The position numbers were made by a program, and so were the translations under genes. The notes beneath the pieces were generated by a model. The model worked only from the letters and a program-made list of their open reading frames with translations. It was not told the origin of the DNA and did no database searches. DNA of 64,000 nt from an uncultured archaeon. GTDB taxonomy: Archaea; Iainarchaeota; Iainarchaeia; Iainarchaeales; CAZILS01. Below are positions 1-8,843 of the stretch, one piece after another. The number at the start of each line of letters is the position of its first letter. Position 1 is the stretch's first letter. The stretch is from NCBI GenBank assembly GCA_964540145.1, contig CAZILS010000001.1:208724-272723 (forward strand), given 5' to 3'.

Positions 1-830
1 ATGTGAAGTTTCGCCCCGCGCCCCCTGCACATTTCCTCCATAATCCCTTTCAACGCCTTGCTTGCAGCAACCCCTCCCACCACCAAAACCTCTTTTTTTT
101 CAGTGTGGGCTAACGCCCTCTCAGTCACTTCTGCCAGCATTGCAAACGCGGTGTGCATAAGTGAATACGCCAGGTCCTCTTTCCTTGCTTTCTTTATCTT
201 CTTGCTCGCGGCTGTAAAAAGCCCGGAGAAGGCAAGGTCCATCCCCTTCACAGAGTAGGGCAGCCCGATATACTCCTTTCCCCTGAAATACATTTTATCT
301 ATCACAGGGCCTGCGGGGAAGCCAATCCCTAGCTTCCTTCCAAAACTGTCAAGTAAGTTCCCTACCCCCATATCAAGGGTTTCCCCATAGATTCTGTATT
401 TTCCCGACTCATAACCTATAATTTGGGTGTTCGCGCCCGATGTGTAGAGCACTATGGGGTCCTTTGCCTTCGTCACAAGCTTGCCTATTTCAATGTGTGC
501 GACGCAGTGGTTAACGCCCAACAGAGGCTTGTTATGTAGCAGAGAAAGTGTCCTTGAGACAATTGCCCCCACAGTAAGGCAAGGCCCGATTCCGGGGCCG
601 CGCGCAAACGAAATAAGCCCAATATCTTTCCATCCGGCCCCTGCCTTCTCCATCGCCCTCCTAACTGTGCCGGGGGCTTCCCTCACATGGTGGTCAAAAG
701 CATCCCTCGGCTTTATTCCTCCCTCCTTGGCAGTGAAGGAAGACCGCTCATTCGCAAGCACCTTTCCCCCGCCATCAACAATTCCGACCCCGAAAGTATG
801 TGCTGTGCTCTCAATCCCAACGCAAATCAT
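1..830 (-). CDS. kae1: Kae1/TsaD tRNA N6-adenosine threonylcarbamoyltransferase; 3' end runs off the window. Not in the ORF track because there is no stop in the window
   Basis: Hand translation from ATG at 830: MICVGIESTAHTFGVGIVD...GPGIGPCLTVGA...LLGVNHCVAHIE...LYTSGANTQI, the typical Kae1/TsaD motifs. Its ATG overlaps the sua5 stop (ATGA at 827-830). Confidence 0.9.
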   Translation of the reverse strand, partial: MICVGIESTAHTFGVGIVDGGGKVLANERSSFTAKEGGIKPRDAFDHHVREAPGTVRRAMEKAGAGWKDIGLISFARGPGIGPCLTVGAIVSRTLSLLHNKPLLGVNHCVAHIEIGKLVTKAKDPIVLYTSGANTQIIGYESGKYRIYGETLDMGVGNLLDSFGRKLGIGFPAGPVIDKMYFRGKEYIGLPYSVKGMDLAFSGLFTAASKKIKKARKEDLAYSLMHTAFAMLAEVTERALAHTEKKEVLVVGGVAASKALKGIMEEMCRGRGAKLH

Positions 831-1441
831 CCCAACACTTCCAGAATTTCCTTTTCCTTGACAGGACCTTCCCTCAAAACCTTCCTTGTGCGCATGTCAA
901 AAAGAGTTGACACTTTCCCCCGTTTCAAATTCCCGCAGTCAACAACCAAATCAACACTGCCCCCCAGCTTCTCCACAGCCTCTTTTCCCGAGAAGATAGG
1001 TTCCTCACCAGTCAAGTTTGCCGAGGTTGCGGTGATTGCCCCGCCAAATTTCTTTGCTATCTCATTCGCTACAGGGCTTGAACTTATCCTGAAGGCAACA
1101 CTTTCCTTGCCGAGAATATCGGGGACATTTTTTTTCTTATCGACAACAAGGGTAAGGGGACCCGGCATAAATCGCTTGGCAAGTTTTTCAGCGTCCTTGC
1201 CAAACCTCCCAATTTTATTCGCATACTCAAGGCCGGGAACAATAACGGAAATAGGCTTTCCAAAGTCCTGTCCTTTAACTTCGTGAACACGCTTGACGGC
1301 TTCCTCGTCAAGTGCATTTGCGCCTATCCCGTAGCAGGTTTCTGTGGGATAGATTATTATTTTCCCATCCAATAGTGCCCCGGCGGCAAGCACAGCGCCT
1401 TTCCCCGGGATTTTACAGTTTATTCGCAATATGAGGGACAT
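827..1441 (-). CDS. sua5: L-threonylcarbamoyladenylate synthase, single-domain YrdC/Sua5 type (205 aa)
   Basis: IIIYPTETCYGIGANA, GKPISVIV, MPGPLTLVV, TSANLTGEEP motifs. The track ORF (to 1645) is an upstream read-through; ATG at 1441 gives MSLILRIN. Confidence 0.85.
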   Translation of the reverse strand: MSLILRINCKIPGKGAVLAAGALLDGKIIIYPTETCYGIGANALDEEAVKRVHEVKGQDFGKPISVIVPGLEYANKIGRFGKDAEKLAKRFMPGPLTLVVDKKKNVPDILGKESVAFRISSSPVANEIAKKFGGAITATSANLTGEEPIFSGKEAVEKLGGSVDLVVDCGNLKRGKVSTLFDMRTRKVLREGPVKEKEILEVLG

Positions 1442-1494
1442 AACTAACCCCTTCAGAAGCCAAGGTATAAGAATAATGCCCTCGCCGTAAATAT

Positions 1495-1758
1495 TTACTG
1501 CTCTTGAGGCTTGGGCTGCTCCTGCCCTTGCCCCTGTTCGGGGGATGGTACGGATCTGCCTTTCATCTCGGTGAATGAACATCGCCCGCAGGAGAACCTG
1601 TCCTTGTGTTCGGCCATGAAAACCCCCGAACCGCATTTCGGGCATGCCCTCTTCCCGCGTTTCAGCCCTTCTCCGGAGACATCATAGTAAGTTCCCTTAA
1701 TCTTCTTCTGCTTCTTCTCTCCTTTTTTCTTCCCGCCTTTATCGTCAGCCACCTTCAT
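1495..1758 (-). CDS. rps27ae: ribosomal protein eS31 (S27ae), no ubiquitin moiety
   Basis: CPKCGSGVFMAEHKDRFSCGRC zinc ribbon. Conserved position next to S24e. Confidence 0.9.
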   Translation of the reverse strand: MKVADDKGGKKKGEKKQKKIKGTYYDVSGEGLKRGKRACPKCGSGVFMAEHKDRFSCGRCSFTEMKGRSVPSPEQGQGQEQPKPQEQ

Positions 1759-2138
1759 TCACCCTCTTTCTTTTCTTCCTTTTCCAGGGGAACTTCCTCG
1801 GCGGCCTTGCCCTCCGGCTCGGTTTTTGCATCCCCGCCCGCGGCCTCAGCACCTTCCTTCGTTTTGCCGAAGTTCCTTGCCTTCATATATTTTGCCTCGG
1901 TCTTGTCAAGCGCTTCCTTGTTATCATAAACAAACGCAATCCCGTTTGCTTCCGGAAATCCAAAACTCTGCTTAACCTTCCTCACAACAACAAGGCCATT
2001 GTCTTTGTTCATTGTTGCCGAGAGCCTTTCCCTTATTTCACCTCTCGAAGGCGTTAGCTTAGCATCCTTTACCCTGAACTCCAATTCTTCCCTCAGGAAA
2101 AGAGGGTTCTTTTTCTGCCGTGTTATCTCTATCTTCAT
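1755..2138 (-). CDS. rps24e: ribosomal protein eS24 with acidic/Lys C-terminal tail
   Basis: NPLFLREELEFRV...TPSRGEIRERL...FGFPEANGIAFVYD, the typical S24e pattern. Confidence 0.88.
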   Translation of the reverse strand: MKIEITRQKKNPLFLREELEFRVKDAKLTPSRGEIRERLSATMNKDNGLVVVRKVKQSFGFPEANGIAFVYDNKEALDKTEAKYMKARNFGKTKEGAEAAGGDAKTEPEGKAAEEVPLEKEEKKEGE

Positions 2139-2142
2139 TTTA

Positions 2143-2337
2143 TCACCTACTAAGCCTCAATGCGTATTTCCCTTCCTTCTCAATTCCCATTCTTTTTGCA
2201 ATCTCCGAGGTTGCCGCGTCAATAACAACGACATATCCCCTCCAAAAAGTGGTGAATTGGTTGCCTTCGCAGCCGGGGCATTTATCCCCCTCCTCAATAA
2301 CCATCCTGCATTGCCTGCAAGCCTTTCCCTTATGCAT
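2143..2337 (-). CDS. spt4: transcription elongation factor Spt4 (RpoE'')
   Basis: 64 aa with CRQC...CPGC zinc ribbon and the W-G-Y-VVVID pattern, directly downstream of rpo7. Confidence 0.85.
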   Translation of the reverse strand: MHKGKACRQCRMVIEEGDKCPGCEGNQFTTFWRGYVVVIDAATSEIAKRMGIEKEGKYALRLSR

Positions 2338-2944
2338 TTTCTCTCCTCTTTTTTTCTTTCGGGGCAGTTAATGCCGCCTTTGCGTCAGCCTTCTTTTTCC
2401 TAGCTTTTTCGTCAACCTTGGCCCAGTCTTCCTTTCCAAGACCCTCCTGCCTCATGGTAAGCCCGATTTTCGAGCTTGCAATGTTTCCTTTCAGGCTGAC
2501 TGAAACAACCCTCGCAAGGACAAGATCGCTTGTCTGGAGCTTTTTACTCGTTTCCTTGCCGATGAACCCGGGGAGTTTCGGGTCGTAATTAATGTAGTCA
2601 TCCATTATCTGGCTGACATGGATAAGCCCTTCTATAGGCCCTATCTTGACAAATGCACCGAACTCTGTCACTTCCGAAATAATCCCCTTCACAACCTCGT
2701 GCACTTCCGGTTTGTAAACAAGGAGTTTCATGTTGGTTTCGTGGTAGGCTGCCCCGTCCCCCGGAATAACCTTCCCTTCGCCGACATCGTCAACTCCCAT
2801 CGCCGCAACAACCACCCCGAGATCCTCGTCCATCAGCCCTTCATACTCCTGCCGGACAAGCTCAAGAACAGTTTTCTTAAGGTCGTCGCTAAATTTGTTT
2901 GGCGGAACCCTTACCGTATCCATTATACTGCAGACCCTATACAT
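2330..2944 (-). CDS. rpoE: DNA-directed RNA polymerase subunit E' (Rpo7), S1 domain
   Basis: VRVPPNKF...YEG...GEGKVIPGDGAAYHE, then S1 fold GIISEVTEFGAFVKIGPIEGLIHVSQI. Confidence 0.9.
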   Translation of the reverse strand: MYRVCSIMDTVRVPPNKFSDDLKKTVLELVRQEYEGLMDEDLGVVVAAMGVDDVGEGKVIPGDGAAYHETNMKLLVYKPEVHEVVKGIISEVTEFGAFVKIGPIEGLIHVSQIMDDYINYDPKLPGFIGKETSKKLQTSDLVLARVVSVSLKGNIASSKIGLTMRQEGLGKEDWAKVDEKARKKKADAKAALTAPKEKKRRENA

Positions 2945-2954
2945 TTTCTCCCTC

Positions 2955-3359
2955 CTATCTCCAGCTCAGCTCTATATTTTTTTTATCCCTTAGATAAACA
3001 TTCTTTATTCCCTTTTCTTTCAGCCTTCTCCGAAGCGCCCCGTCGTTGGTTGCCACAATTGCCCCTTTTTTGCCAAGCTCCACAAGGGCATTATCCGCAG
3101 TTCCCCCCGCGGCATCAAGCTCCCTAACGCGGTTTTTTTCCATAAGCTCTTTAGCCACGTTAACGGCGGCTCTTTTACCGGCGCTGAGAGAAAGGGAATT
3201 AAGCTCTTCTATTACCTGTTTGGGCACCACAAAGCTTATATTGCCCACTATCTCGGTCCTCATCGCCTCGAAAACATCCACTTTTTGCTCTTCGCAGGAC
3301 AAAAGCATGCTTGTATCAACCACAACCATTATTCCGGCCCCTTCAAATTGCGATCCCAT
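2955..3359 (-). CDS. PIN-domain protein (Fcf1/COG1412-like) conserved between aIF2-gamma and Rpo7
   Basis: VVVDTSMLL...VVPKQVIEEL...ATNDGALRRRL is a PIN-like acidic pattern, in the conserved archaeal neighbourhood. Start may be ATG 3329 instead of 3359. Confidence 0.7.
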   Translation of the reverse strand: MGSQFEGAGIMVVVDTSMLLSCEEQKVDVFEAMRTEIVGNISFVVPKQVIEELNSLSLSAGKRAAVNVAKELMEKNRVRELDAAGGTADNALVELGKKGAIVATNDGALRRRLKEKGIKNVYLRDKKNIELSWR

Positions 3360-4542
3360 ACGCAGCCAGCCTCCATTGTGAACTTACCTTCTTGCTCACC
3401 GCAACTGTCTGGCCCTTCTCAACAATCACAGGAATTTTGCTCGCAATCTTAATTTTTCCGGCTGCGTTTTTCACAACATCCCCCACTGTGGTCATTGTGC
3501 CTACCGTAAGGACAACGGTTTCGTTCATCTTTATCGCAGTCTCTTTCTCAACAACCCTTTGGAAGGGTTTCACCTCAATCTCAATCTCGGTCTTCGCTTC
3601 CGGAAGGCTTCCTTTTTTTCCAACAACATGGCCCCTAAGCTGGTCGTTCCTTGTAAGCAAAGGGTCTAATTCAGTGCCTATCGCAATCAATCCGCCGGGC
3701 CCTGCCTTTTCAAGCTCCCCCTCGGAGGTTCCCAATGAAACGCACTTGGTCTGCATTTTCTTTCCGTCAAAACCGGGACCAAATTCAATTTCCTCGCCAA
3801 CCTTCAAACTCCCCTGCATTATTGAACCGCCAAGAACCCCGCCCTTCAGCTCATTGAGTTTTGCCCCCGGCTTATTGACATCAAAAGACCTTGCAACATA
3901 CATCCTCAAGTCCTTCTTTGTATCGATTTTCGGGGAAGGAATATTCTCCTCAATCGCCTCTATCAGCATATCGATGTTTGTTCCGGAGGGAGCGGAAGTA
4001 GGTATAATAGGGGCGCCCTTATAGCCGTACTCCTCCAAAAATTTCCTTATCTTAGCCTGGTTTTTTATTGCGGCATCCCGGCCAACCAAATCTGCCTTGT
4101 TTTGCGCCACAACAATGTTCTTAACGCCGCTTATGCTAAGCGCCATAAGGTGCTCAACAGTCCTTGGCTGGGGGCATTCCTCATTGGCGGCAATAACAAG
4201 GACAGCGCCCTGCATCAACGCAGCTCCGCTGAGCATTGTCGTCATCAAAGTTTCGTGCCCGGGAGCATCAACGAAACTGACCTTCCTGAGTTTCTTCGCG
4301 TTCTCCCCGCAATTAGGGCATTTTTCACAGGTTGTGTAGGCTTCGCTCCCATTGCACTTGCCGCACTTGTAGAATGTTGCGTCGGCGTAGCCTAGGCGGA
4401 TGGAAATCCCTCTTTTAAGCTCTTCCGAATGGGTGTCTGTCCACTTCCCGGATAAAGCCTGGGTAAGGGATGTCTTGCCGTGGTCGACATGGCCGATCAT
4501 CCCGATGTTAATTTCCGCCTGCTCTTGGAATTTTTTTGCCAT
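3343..4542 (-). CDS. eif2g: translation initiation factor aIF2 gamma subunit
   Basis: GHVDHGKTSL, DAPGHE, NKADL GTPase motifs plus the Cys cluster CGKC...CEKCPNC. The track start 4551 is GTG; ATG at 4542. Confidence 0.93.
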   Translation of the reverse strand: MAKKFQEQAEINIGMIGHVDHGKTSLTQALSGKWTDTHSEELKRGISIRLGYADATFYKCGKCNGSEAYTTCEKCPNCGENAKKLRKVSFVDAPGHETLMTTMLSGAALMQGAVLVIAANEECPQPRTVEHLMALSISGVKNIVVAQNKADLVGRDAAIKNQAKIRKFLEEYGYKGAPIIPTSAPSGTNIDMLIEAIEENIPSPKIDTKKDLRMYVARSFDVNKPGAKLNELKGGVLGGSIMQGSLKVGEEIEFGPGFDGKKMQTKCVSLGTSEGELEKAGPGGLIAIGTELDPLLTRNDQLRGHVVGKKGSLPEAKTEIEIEVKPFQRVVEKETAIKMNETVVLTVGTMTTVGDVVKNAAGKIKIASKIPVIVEKGQTVAVSKKVSSQWRLAAYGIAI

Positions 4543-4547
4543 CTGTG

Positions 4548-5093
4548 TCACTCTTTTTTATCTTCCTCTCTCTTTGGCTCTTCTGCATTATTTTTTTCGC
4601 CATGAGGGGCACTTTCAGCTTTTGGCTCCTCGACTTTTTTCTCCTTCTCCGTTGGAGCTTCTTCTTTCTTCTCTGTCTCGGCGGCAGGCACTTCCTTTAC
4701 TTCCTTCAAAACCTTATCCTTCTCGGATATTTCTTCCTGCTTTTTCTCAACATTCAGCAGTTCCTCTATCTTGCCCTGCCCTTCTTTAGCCAGGACCATG
4801 TTGAGCTGGTGGATATCCTTGTCGACAGTGTTTCCTCTCCTGGTGATTCTCTTTCTTACCCCGTTCTTCTTAGATTTTGTGATAAGAATTTTTCTCCTCG
4901 CAGTCCCGGGCAAATCGCTCCTCATAGGAAAACCGTTCTTATCGCTTCCCCCCGTTATCCTGGCAGCGAATCCTGCGGCGCCAATCCTGCCAAGGTCTAT
5001 TTCTTCCCCTATTTTCTTCCCGGCAAAAACATCGTCGTCAGCCTTTACAGTATAGGCTTTTCGTGTTTTTGGGTCGGATACAACAACATTCAT
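4548..5093 (-). CDS. rps6e: ribosomal protein eS6 with long Glu/Lys C-terminal extension
   Basis: VVSDPKTRKAY...ITGGSDKNGFPMR...RRKILI, the typical S6e pattern. Confidence 0.88.
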   Translation of the reverse strand: MNVVVSDPKTRKAYTVKADDDVFAGKKIGEEIDLGRIGAAGFAARITGGSDKNGFPMRSDLPGTARRKILITKSKKNGVRKRITRRGNTVDKDIHQLNMVLAKEGQGKIEELLNVEKKQEEISEKDKVLKEVKEVPAAETEKKEEAPTEKEKKVEEPKAESAPHGEKNNAEEPKREEDKKE

Positions 5094-5106
5094 ACAATTC
5101 CTCCTG

Positions 5107-6858
5107 TTAAGCTTCAGCCTTAATCTCCGCTTTCTTTATTTCGGAAATAAGCGTAATCTCCCCCTCGCTAAGGTCCTCTCCCATCCCCTCAAGCTTTTCC
5201 ATATGTTTTTTAGGTATGAACGAAAGAAGCACATCCCCCTCCATTAGGTTCCTCCCGATGGTTGCGCCGTCAATTGAAACCGCGAGCTCATCCCCCTCAC
5301 CCGCACTTTCAATGCTCTTTCCGTCCTTCTGGATAGCCTTTACTTCGCCAATAATCTTCCCGTCTTTCATAACCTCGATTCCTTTCTTCAGTTTGCCGCC
5401 AAGAACTTTAACCCCGACAATTGCGGGCTTTGAGTTCCTGAACACATTGTCCCTTAGCACCTTGAACTTAACGGGCCATGAAACATTTTCTCGGGTTTTC
5501 GCCTTCTCAAGTTCCCTGGCCTCATTAAGCCAATCGTCATACTCCTCAAGCAGCCTGTAAATAACCTCCCCCCTGAATATCCTTATCCCTGCTTTTTCGG
5601 CTTCTTCTTTCACATCCTCGTTAACTCCTACCCCAAACGCAAATATAACCGCCTTGTAAGGGTTTTTTTCCCTTATGGCAGCCATCTCCATTACGTCCCT
5701 CTTTGAAACATCCCCGATGTCTGCCTTCCCGGGCTTTATATCCTTTTGCTCAAGCAGTTTCTCCATCGCCTCAAGGCTTCCCAAAGCATCAGCCTTAACC
5801 ATAGGCCCCGGCTCATCGGAACTAATTTTCAAATCCCTTATTTCTTTCTCAATTTTCCCGGCCTCATTTCCGGTTCGCACAACCAGCAACGGAGAGCCAG
5901 GCAAGGTCTTCCCGATAGCGGGCGCCGAAACCTTAACACCCGCCGCCGCAATAACCTCGTTTATGCTCCTGAACTTATCCCTTGGGGACCTAATCTCGGT
6001 GAGTGCCTTCGGCTCAAGAAGCGCCCTAATCTTCGCGGTAATCACCCCGTCTTTTCCGGCAGTAACAACACTATCGCCCACCTTCAAGCTTCCCTCGTAA
6101 AGTATAACATCAAGGGTCTTTCCCAAACCTCTCTCTTCTTTCACCTCGAGCACAGTTCCCTTGCCGGCCCCCTCTGTCCCGACATTCAGCTTTTTTCCCA
6201 TATACCTCTGGGAGAGGCCCGCCAAAAACATAAGCAGCTCTGGTACACCCTCTCCACTCTTCGCGCATAATGGTATAATCGGTATTTCCTTTGTCAAATC
6301 CTTAACCCTGTCAAACCTTTCTGAAACAAATCCCCTGCTGTGCAACTGGCCGACAAGCTCGTAAAGTTTTATGTCCAGGAAATCAAGCACATCCTTTGCC
6401 TGGCCATTGATGCTGCTTGTTACACTTCCCTTCCTGGTTGACCACCCCCTTATGTTGTCGATTTTGTTCATCGCGACAATGAACGGGGTTTTGTAAGTTT
6501 TCAAGATATCAATTGCCTCAAACGTCTGCGGCTGGCACCCGTGCATAACGTCAACAACCAAAATCGCAAGGTCGGCTATACTTCCGCCCCTTGTCCTCAG
6601 GTTGGTAAATGCCTCGTGCCCGGGCGTGTCGATAAAAAGCAGCCCCGGAATCTTCAGGTCAAAACCATATTTCTTAAGGAGTTCCGCCGACATGTCGAGT
6701 ATCAGGCCGGTGGGAACTTCGGTTGCGCCGATGTGCTGGGTTATCCCCCCGGCTTCTTTCTCAACAAGCCTTGTCCCTCTTATTGTGTCGAGGAGGCTGG
6801 ACTTGCCGCTGTCAACATGCCCGAGAACAGTGATTATCGGTTTCCTCAGCCCGCTCAT
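5107..6858 (-). CDS. infB: translation initiation factor aIF5B (IF-2)
   Basis: RKPIITVLGHVDSGKSSLLD, DTPGHEAF, NKID GTPase motifs. 583 aa matches aIF5B architecture. Confidence 0.93.
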   Translation of the reverse strand: MSGLRKPIITVLGHVDSGKSSLLDTIRGTRLVEKEAGGITQHIGATEVPTGLILDMSAELLKKYGFDLKIPGLLFIDTPGHEAFTNLRTRGGSIADLAILVVDVMHGCQPQTFEAIDILKTYKTPFIVAMNKIDNIRGWSTRKGSVTSSINGQAKDVLDFLDIKLYELVGQLHSRGFVSERFDRVKDLTKEIPIIPLCAKSGEGVPELLMFLAGLSQRYMGKKLNVGTEGAGKGTVLEVKEERGLGKTLDVILYEGSLKVGDSVVTAGKDGVITAKIRALLEPKALTEIRSPRDKFRSINEVIAAAGVKVSAPAIGKTLPGSPLLVVRTGNEAGKIEKEIRDLKISSDEPGPMVKADALGSLEAMEKLLEQKDIKPGKADIGDVSKRDVMEMAAIREKNPYKAVIFAFGVGVNEDVKEEAEKAGIRIFRGEVIYRLLEEYDDWLNEARELEKAKTRENVSWPVKFKVLRDNVFRNSKPAIVGVKVLGGKLKKGIEVMKDGKIIGEVKAIQKDGKSIESAGEGDELAVSIDGATIGRNLMEGDVLLSFIPKKHMEKLEGMGEDLSEGEITLISEIKKAEIKAEA

Positions 6859-7325
6859 TTTTCTTCTTCTCCCGAGGATTGTGATTTTTTGGCAGGGCCC
6901 AAACCTGTTGAACCGAAACCGCCGTCATTTCTGGTTGTCTCGTCCAGTTCCTCAACAATGGCGATATCGGGCTCTTCAACCCTTGCAAATACCATCTGCG
7001 CTATCTTTTTTCCCTTTTCAACAGTGTACGCTGTTTTGCCGTGGTTTATCGCTATGACTTTAACTTCGCCCCTATAACCGCTGTCAACAGTTCCGGGGGT
7101 ATTAAGCACAGTAATCCCGTGGTTTGCGGCAAGCCCGCTTTTTGGCCTTACTTGTGCCTCATATCCCCTTTCAACCGCAATCCTGATTCCTGTGCCCACA
7201 AGCCCTATCTCGCCGGGCTGCAAAACCACATTCTCATTGGCAAAGAGGTCAACACCCGAATCTCCCGCATGCGCATAATGGAGATCCGGAATGGCATTGT
7301 CCATCTTTTTAACAAGAACCCTCAC
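6855..7325 (-). CDS. dut: dUTP diphosphatase (trimeric dUTPase)
   Basis: AGDSGVDL, RPKSGLA, GTVDSGYRGEV, GGFGSTG motifs. GTG start overlaps the ndk stop by 1 nt. Confidence 0.85.
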   Translation of the reverse strand: MRVLVKKMDNAIPDLHYAHAGDSGVDLFANENVVLQPGEIGLVGTGIRIAVERGYEAQVRPKSGLAANHGITVLNTPGTVDSGYRGEVKVIAINHGKTAYTVEKGKKIAQMVFARVEEPDIAIVEELDETTRNDGGFGSTGLGPAKKSQSSGEEEK

Positions 7326-7810
7326 TAAAGACCCTCTTTCTCCGTGCTTGCGTAGATCCAGTCGAAGTTCATTTTCCGGTAGTCGTAAATCTCTCCGGCC
7401 TTGAAGAACCTCTTTATCTCGGTTTTCGCCTCTTCCGTTGTCGCTGATGCGTGGATAAGGTTTTGCTGGTTGCTGATTGAGAAATCCCCTCTCACTGTTC
7501 CGGGCTCGGCATCTCTCCCGTTCGTTGCGCCGACCATCTTCCTGACAACACTCACAACATCCTTGCCCTCGACAACTGCAAGTATCGAAGGGATTGAGGA
7601 CATGAACTCTATGAGTTCATTATAGAATGCCTTGTCGGCGTGATGGGCATAGTGCTCCTTAAGCTTGTACGGCTCAAGATGCTCCATTTTTATCCCGGCA
7701 ATTTTGTATCCTTTCTTTTCGAACCTTGACAGTATCCGGCCCGCGAGTGCCCTGTTGACAGCGTCGGGCTTGATTATGACCAGAGTTTGTTCCTTGTTCT
7801 CAACAGCCAT
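7325..7810 (-). CDS. ndk: nucleoside diphosphate kinase
   Basis: QTLVIIKPDAV, MVGATN...PGTVRGDF, NLIHAS (catalytic His). Confidence 0.88.
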   Translation of the reverse strand: MAVENKEQTLVIIKPDAVNRALAGRILSRFEKKGYKIAGIKMEHLEPYKLKEHYAHHADKAFYNELIEFMSSIPSILAVVEGKDVVSVVRKMVGATNGRDAEPGTVRGDFSISNQQNLIHASATTEEAKTEIKRFFKAGEIYDYRKMNFDWIYASTEKEGL

Positions 7811-7814
7811 ATTT

Positions 7815-8006
7815 TCACCCCTTCCTTATCTCCTTCTCCGAGAGAAACTTCTTTGTCCATTTCACCTTTGCCCTGGACCTTTTCAGCCTAAGCTGGTTTT
7901 TTTCGCACTTGCCCGAACAAAAGAAATAAGTGGTGGCGTCCTTCTGTACATACATCATTCCTGTTCCTTCGGGCATTTCCTTTCCGCAAAAAGAGCATTC
8001 AGCCAT
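7815..8006 (-). CDS. rpl24e: ribosomal protein eL24
   Basis: CSFCGKEMPEGTGMMYV...FFCSGKC, the typical L24e pattern. Confidence 0.9.
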   Translation of the reverse strand: MAECSFCGKEMPEGTGMMYVQKDATTYFFCSGKCEKNQLRLKRSRAKVKWTKKFLSEKEIRKG

Positions 8007-8015
8007 TCATACCGC

Positions 8016-8231
8016 CTACCTTGCCTTTATCTCCTTTGCTTCCCTTTCGGTGTTCAGGAGCATAAGGACGTCTCCCTTTCTCAGGTTGCCCTTCACATTT
8101 CTCCTCTTTATCCTGCCTTTTTCTGGGCCGTCAAGGATTCTGCACAGAACTTGCACAATCTCCCCATAAACGCCCGTCCTCTGGAGCACCTCGACAACTT
8201 CGGCAGGAGTGCCTGTTTCCGATATTGCCAT
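8016..8231 (-). CDS. rps28e: ribosomal protein eS28
   Basis: PAEVVEVLQRTG..GEI.QV.CRILDG...RNVKG.LRKGD.L.LL.TEREA pattern. Confidence 0.9.
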   Translation of the reverse strand: MAISETGTPAEVVEVLQRTGVYGEIVQVLCRILDGPEKGRIKRRNVKGNLRKGDVLMLLNTEREAKEIKAR

Positions 8232-8240
8232 TCATCTCAC

Positions 8241-8606
8241 CTACTTCGCAACCTCTCCGAGCTTCTTAACAAGGTCCTCGAAGTCCTTTTTTTGTTCCCC
8301 TTCGTCCACTATGGCTATGGCCGCGGTTCCGACCTTAACCCCGGCCTTTTCCCCAAGCTCTTTTTTTGTTGGAACGTAGGAGTACTGGATTTTCCTTTCC
8401 CCGCAGAGAACAGGAAGGTGCATTACTATTTCAGGAGGCTCAACATCGCCGGCTATAACAACCAGCCTTGCTTCGCCCCTCTCGACAGCCTTTGTTACCT
8501 CATTGCTGCCTATCCTTATCTTCCCGCCTTTTGCGGCCTTTTCTATTACGCTTGCCTGCTTGCCGCTAAGCTCCGCAGGTACCTCGAATTTTACGTACTC
8601 AGCCAT
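8241..8606 (-). CDS. rpl7ae: ribosomal protein eL8/L7Ae (K-turn binder)
   Basis: GSNEVTKAVERGEARLVVIAGDVEPPEIVMHLP.LC. Strong SD GGAGGTGA lies 6 nt upstream. Confidence 0.92.
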   Translation of the reverse strand: MAEYVKFEVPAELSGKQASVIEKAAKGGKIRIGSNEVTKAVERGEARLVVIAGDVEPPEIVMHLPVLCGERKIQYSYVPTKKELGEKAGVKVGTAAIAIVDEGEQKKDFEDLVKKLGEVAK

Positions 8607-8843
8607 GTTATTTCACCTCCACGTGGTCATCGGCAAAATACTAAATAACCACAATTAGGACTGTTTCCTATAATATATACTCCTTCCCGAATGTTTAAAA
8701 AGGTTGGGGATTGGCTGTTTTAGGGCATTATTGCCTATTTAGGAGGTGTGCCCTGCCCGGACACCCACGAAAAAATACCCCCCTGCATCCTCTACACCCG
8801 GCAATAACTCATGGGGGATGCCTTCGCAACACAGGCTGCCGGT

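Noticed and set aside
827-1645. N-terminally extended ORF-track models. Others are 11901-13610, 29253-29786, 33319-33846, 34583-36004, 41675-42214, 42618-43940 and 62821-63126.
   Set aside because: The track marks TTG/GTG/upstream ATG as M. The extensions overlap upstream genes or lack homology, and internal starts reproduce canonical N-termini.
7325-7810. NDK active-site region reads NLIHASAT instead of the common N.IHGSD.
   Set aside because: The catalytic His and overall fold motifs are present. HAS variants exist, and the remaining difference cannot be judged without an alignment.
7665-8648. 327-aa plus-strand ORF. Similar long plus-strand ORFs occur at 19851-20792, 25827-26957, 27561-28538 and 31695-32567.
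   Set aside because: All lie antisense to strongly supported ribosomal protein genes. Their translations are low-complexity (F/L/S/P-rich) with no motifs. They are the usual mirror-frame open frames of codon-biased genes.
8607-8700. Possible K-turn (L7Ae autoregulatory element) in the rpl7ae leader around GATGACCACGTGGAGGTGA.
   Set aside because: The tandem G.A/A.G geometry could not be satisfied: AG rather than GA sits on the non-bulged side, and the NC stem would be only 2 bp. The GGAGGTGA is more simply the Shine-Dalgarno sequence.
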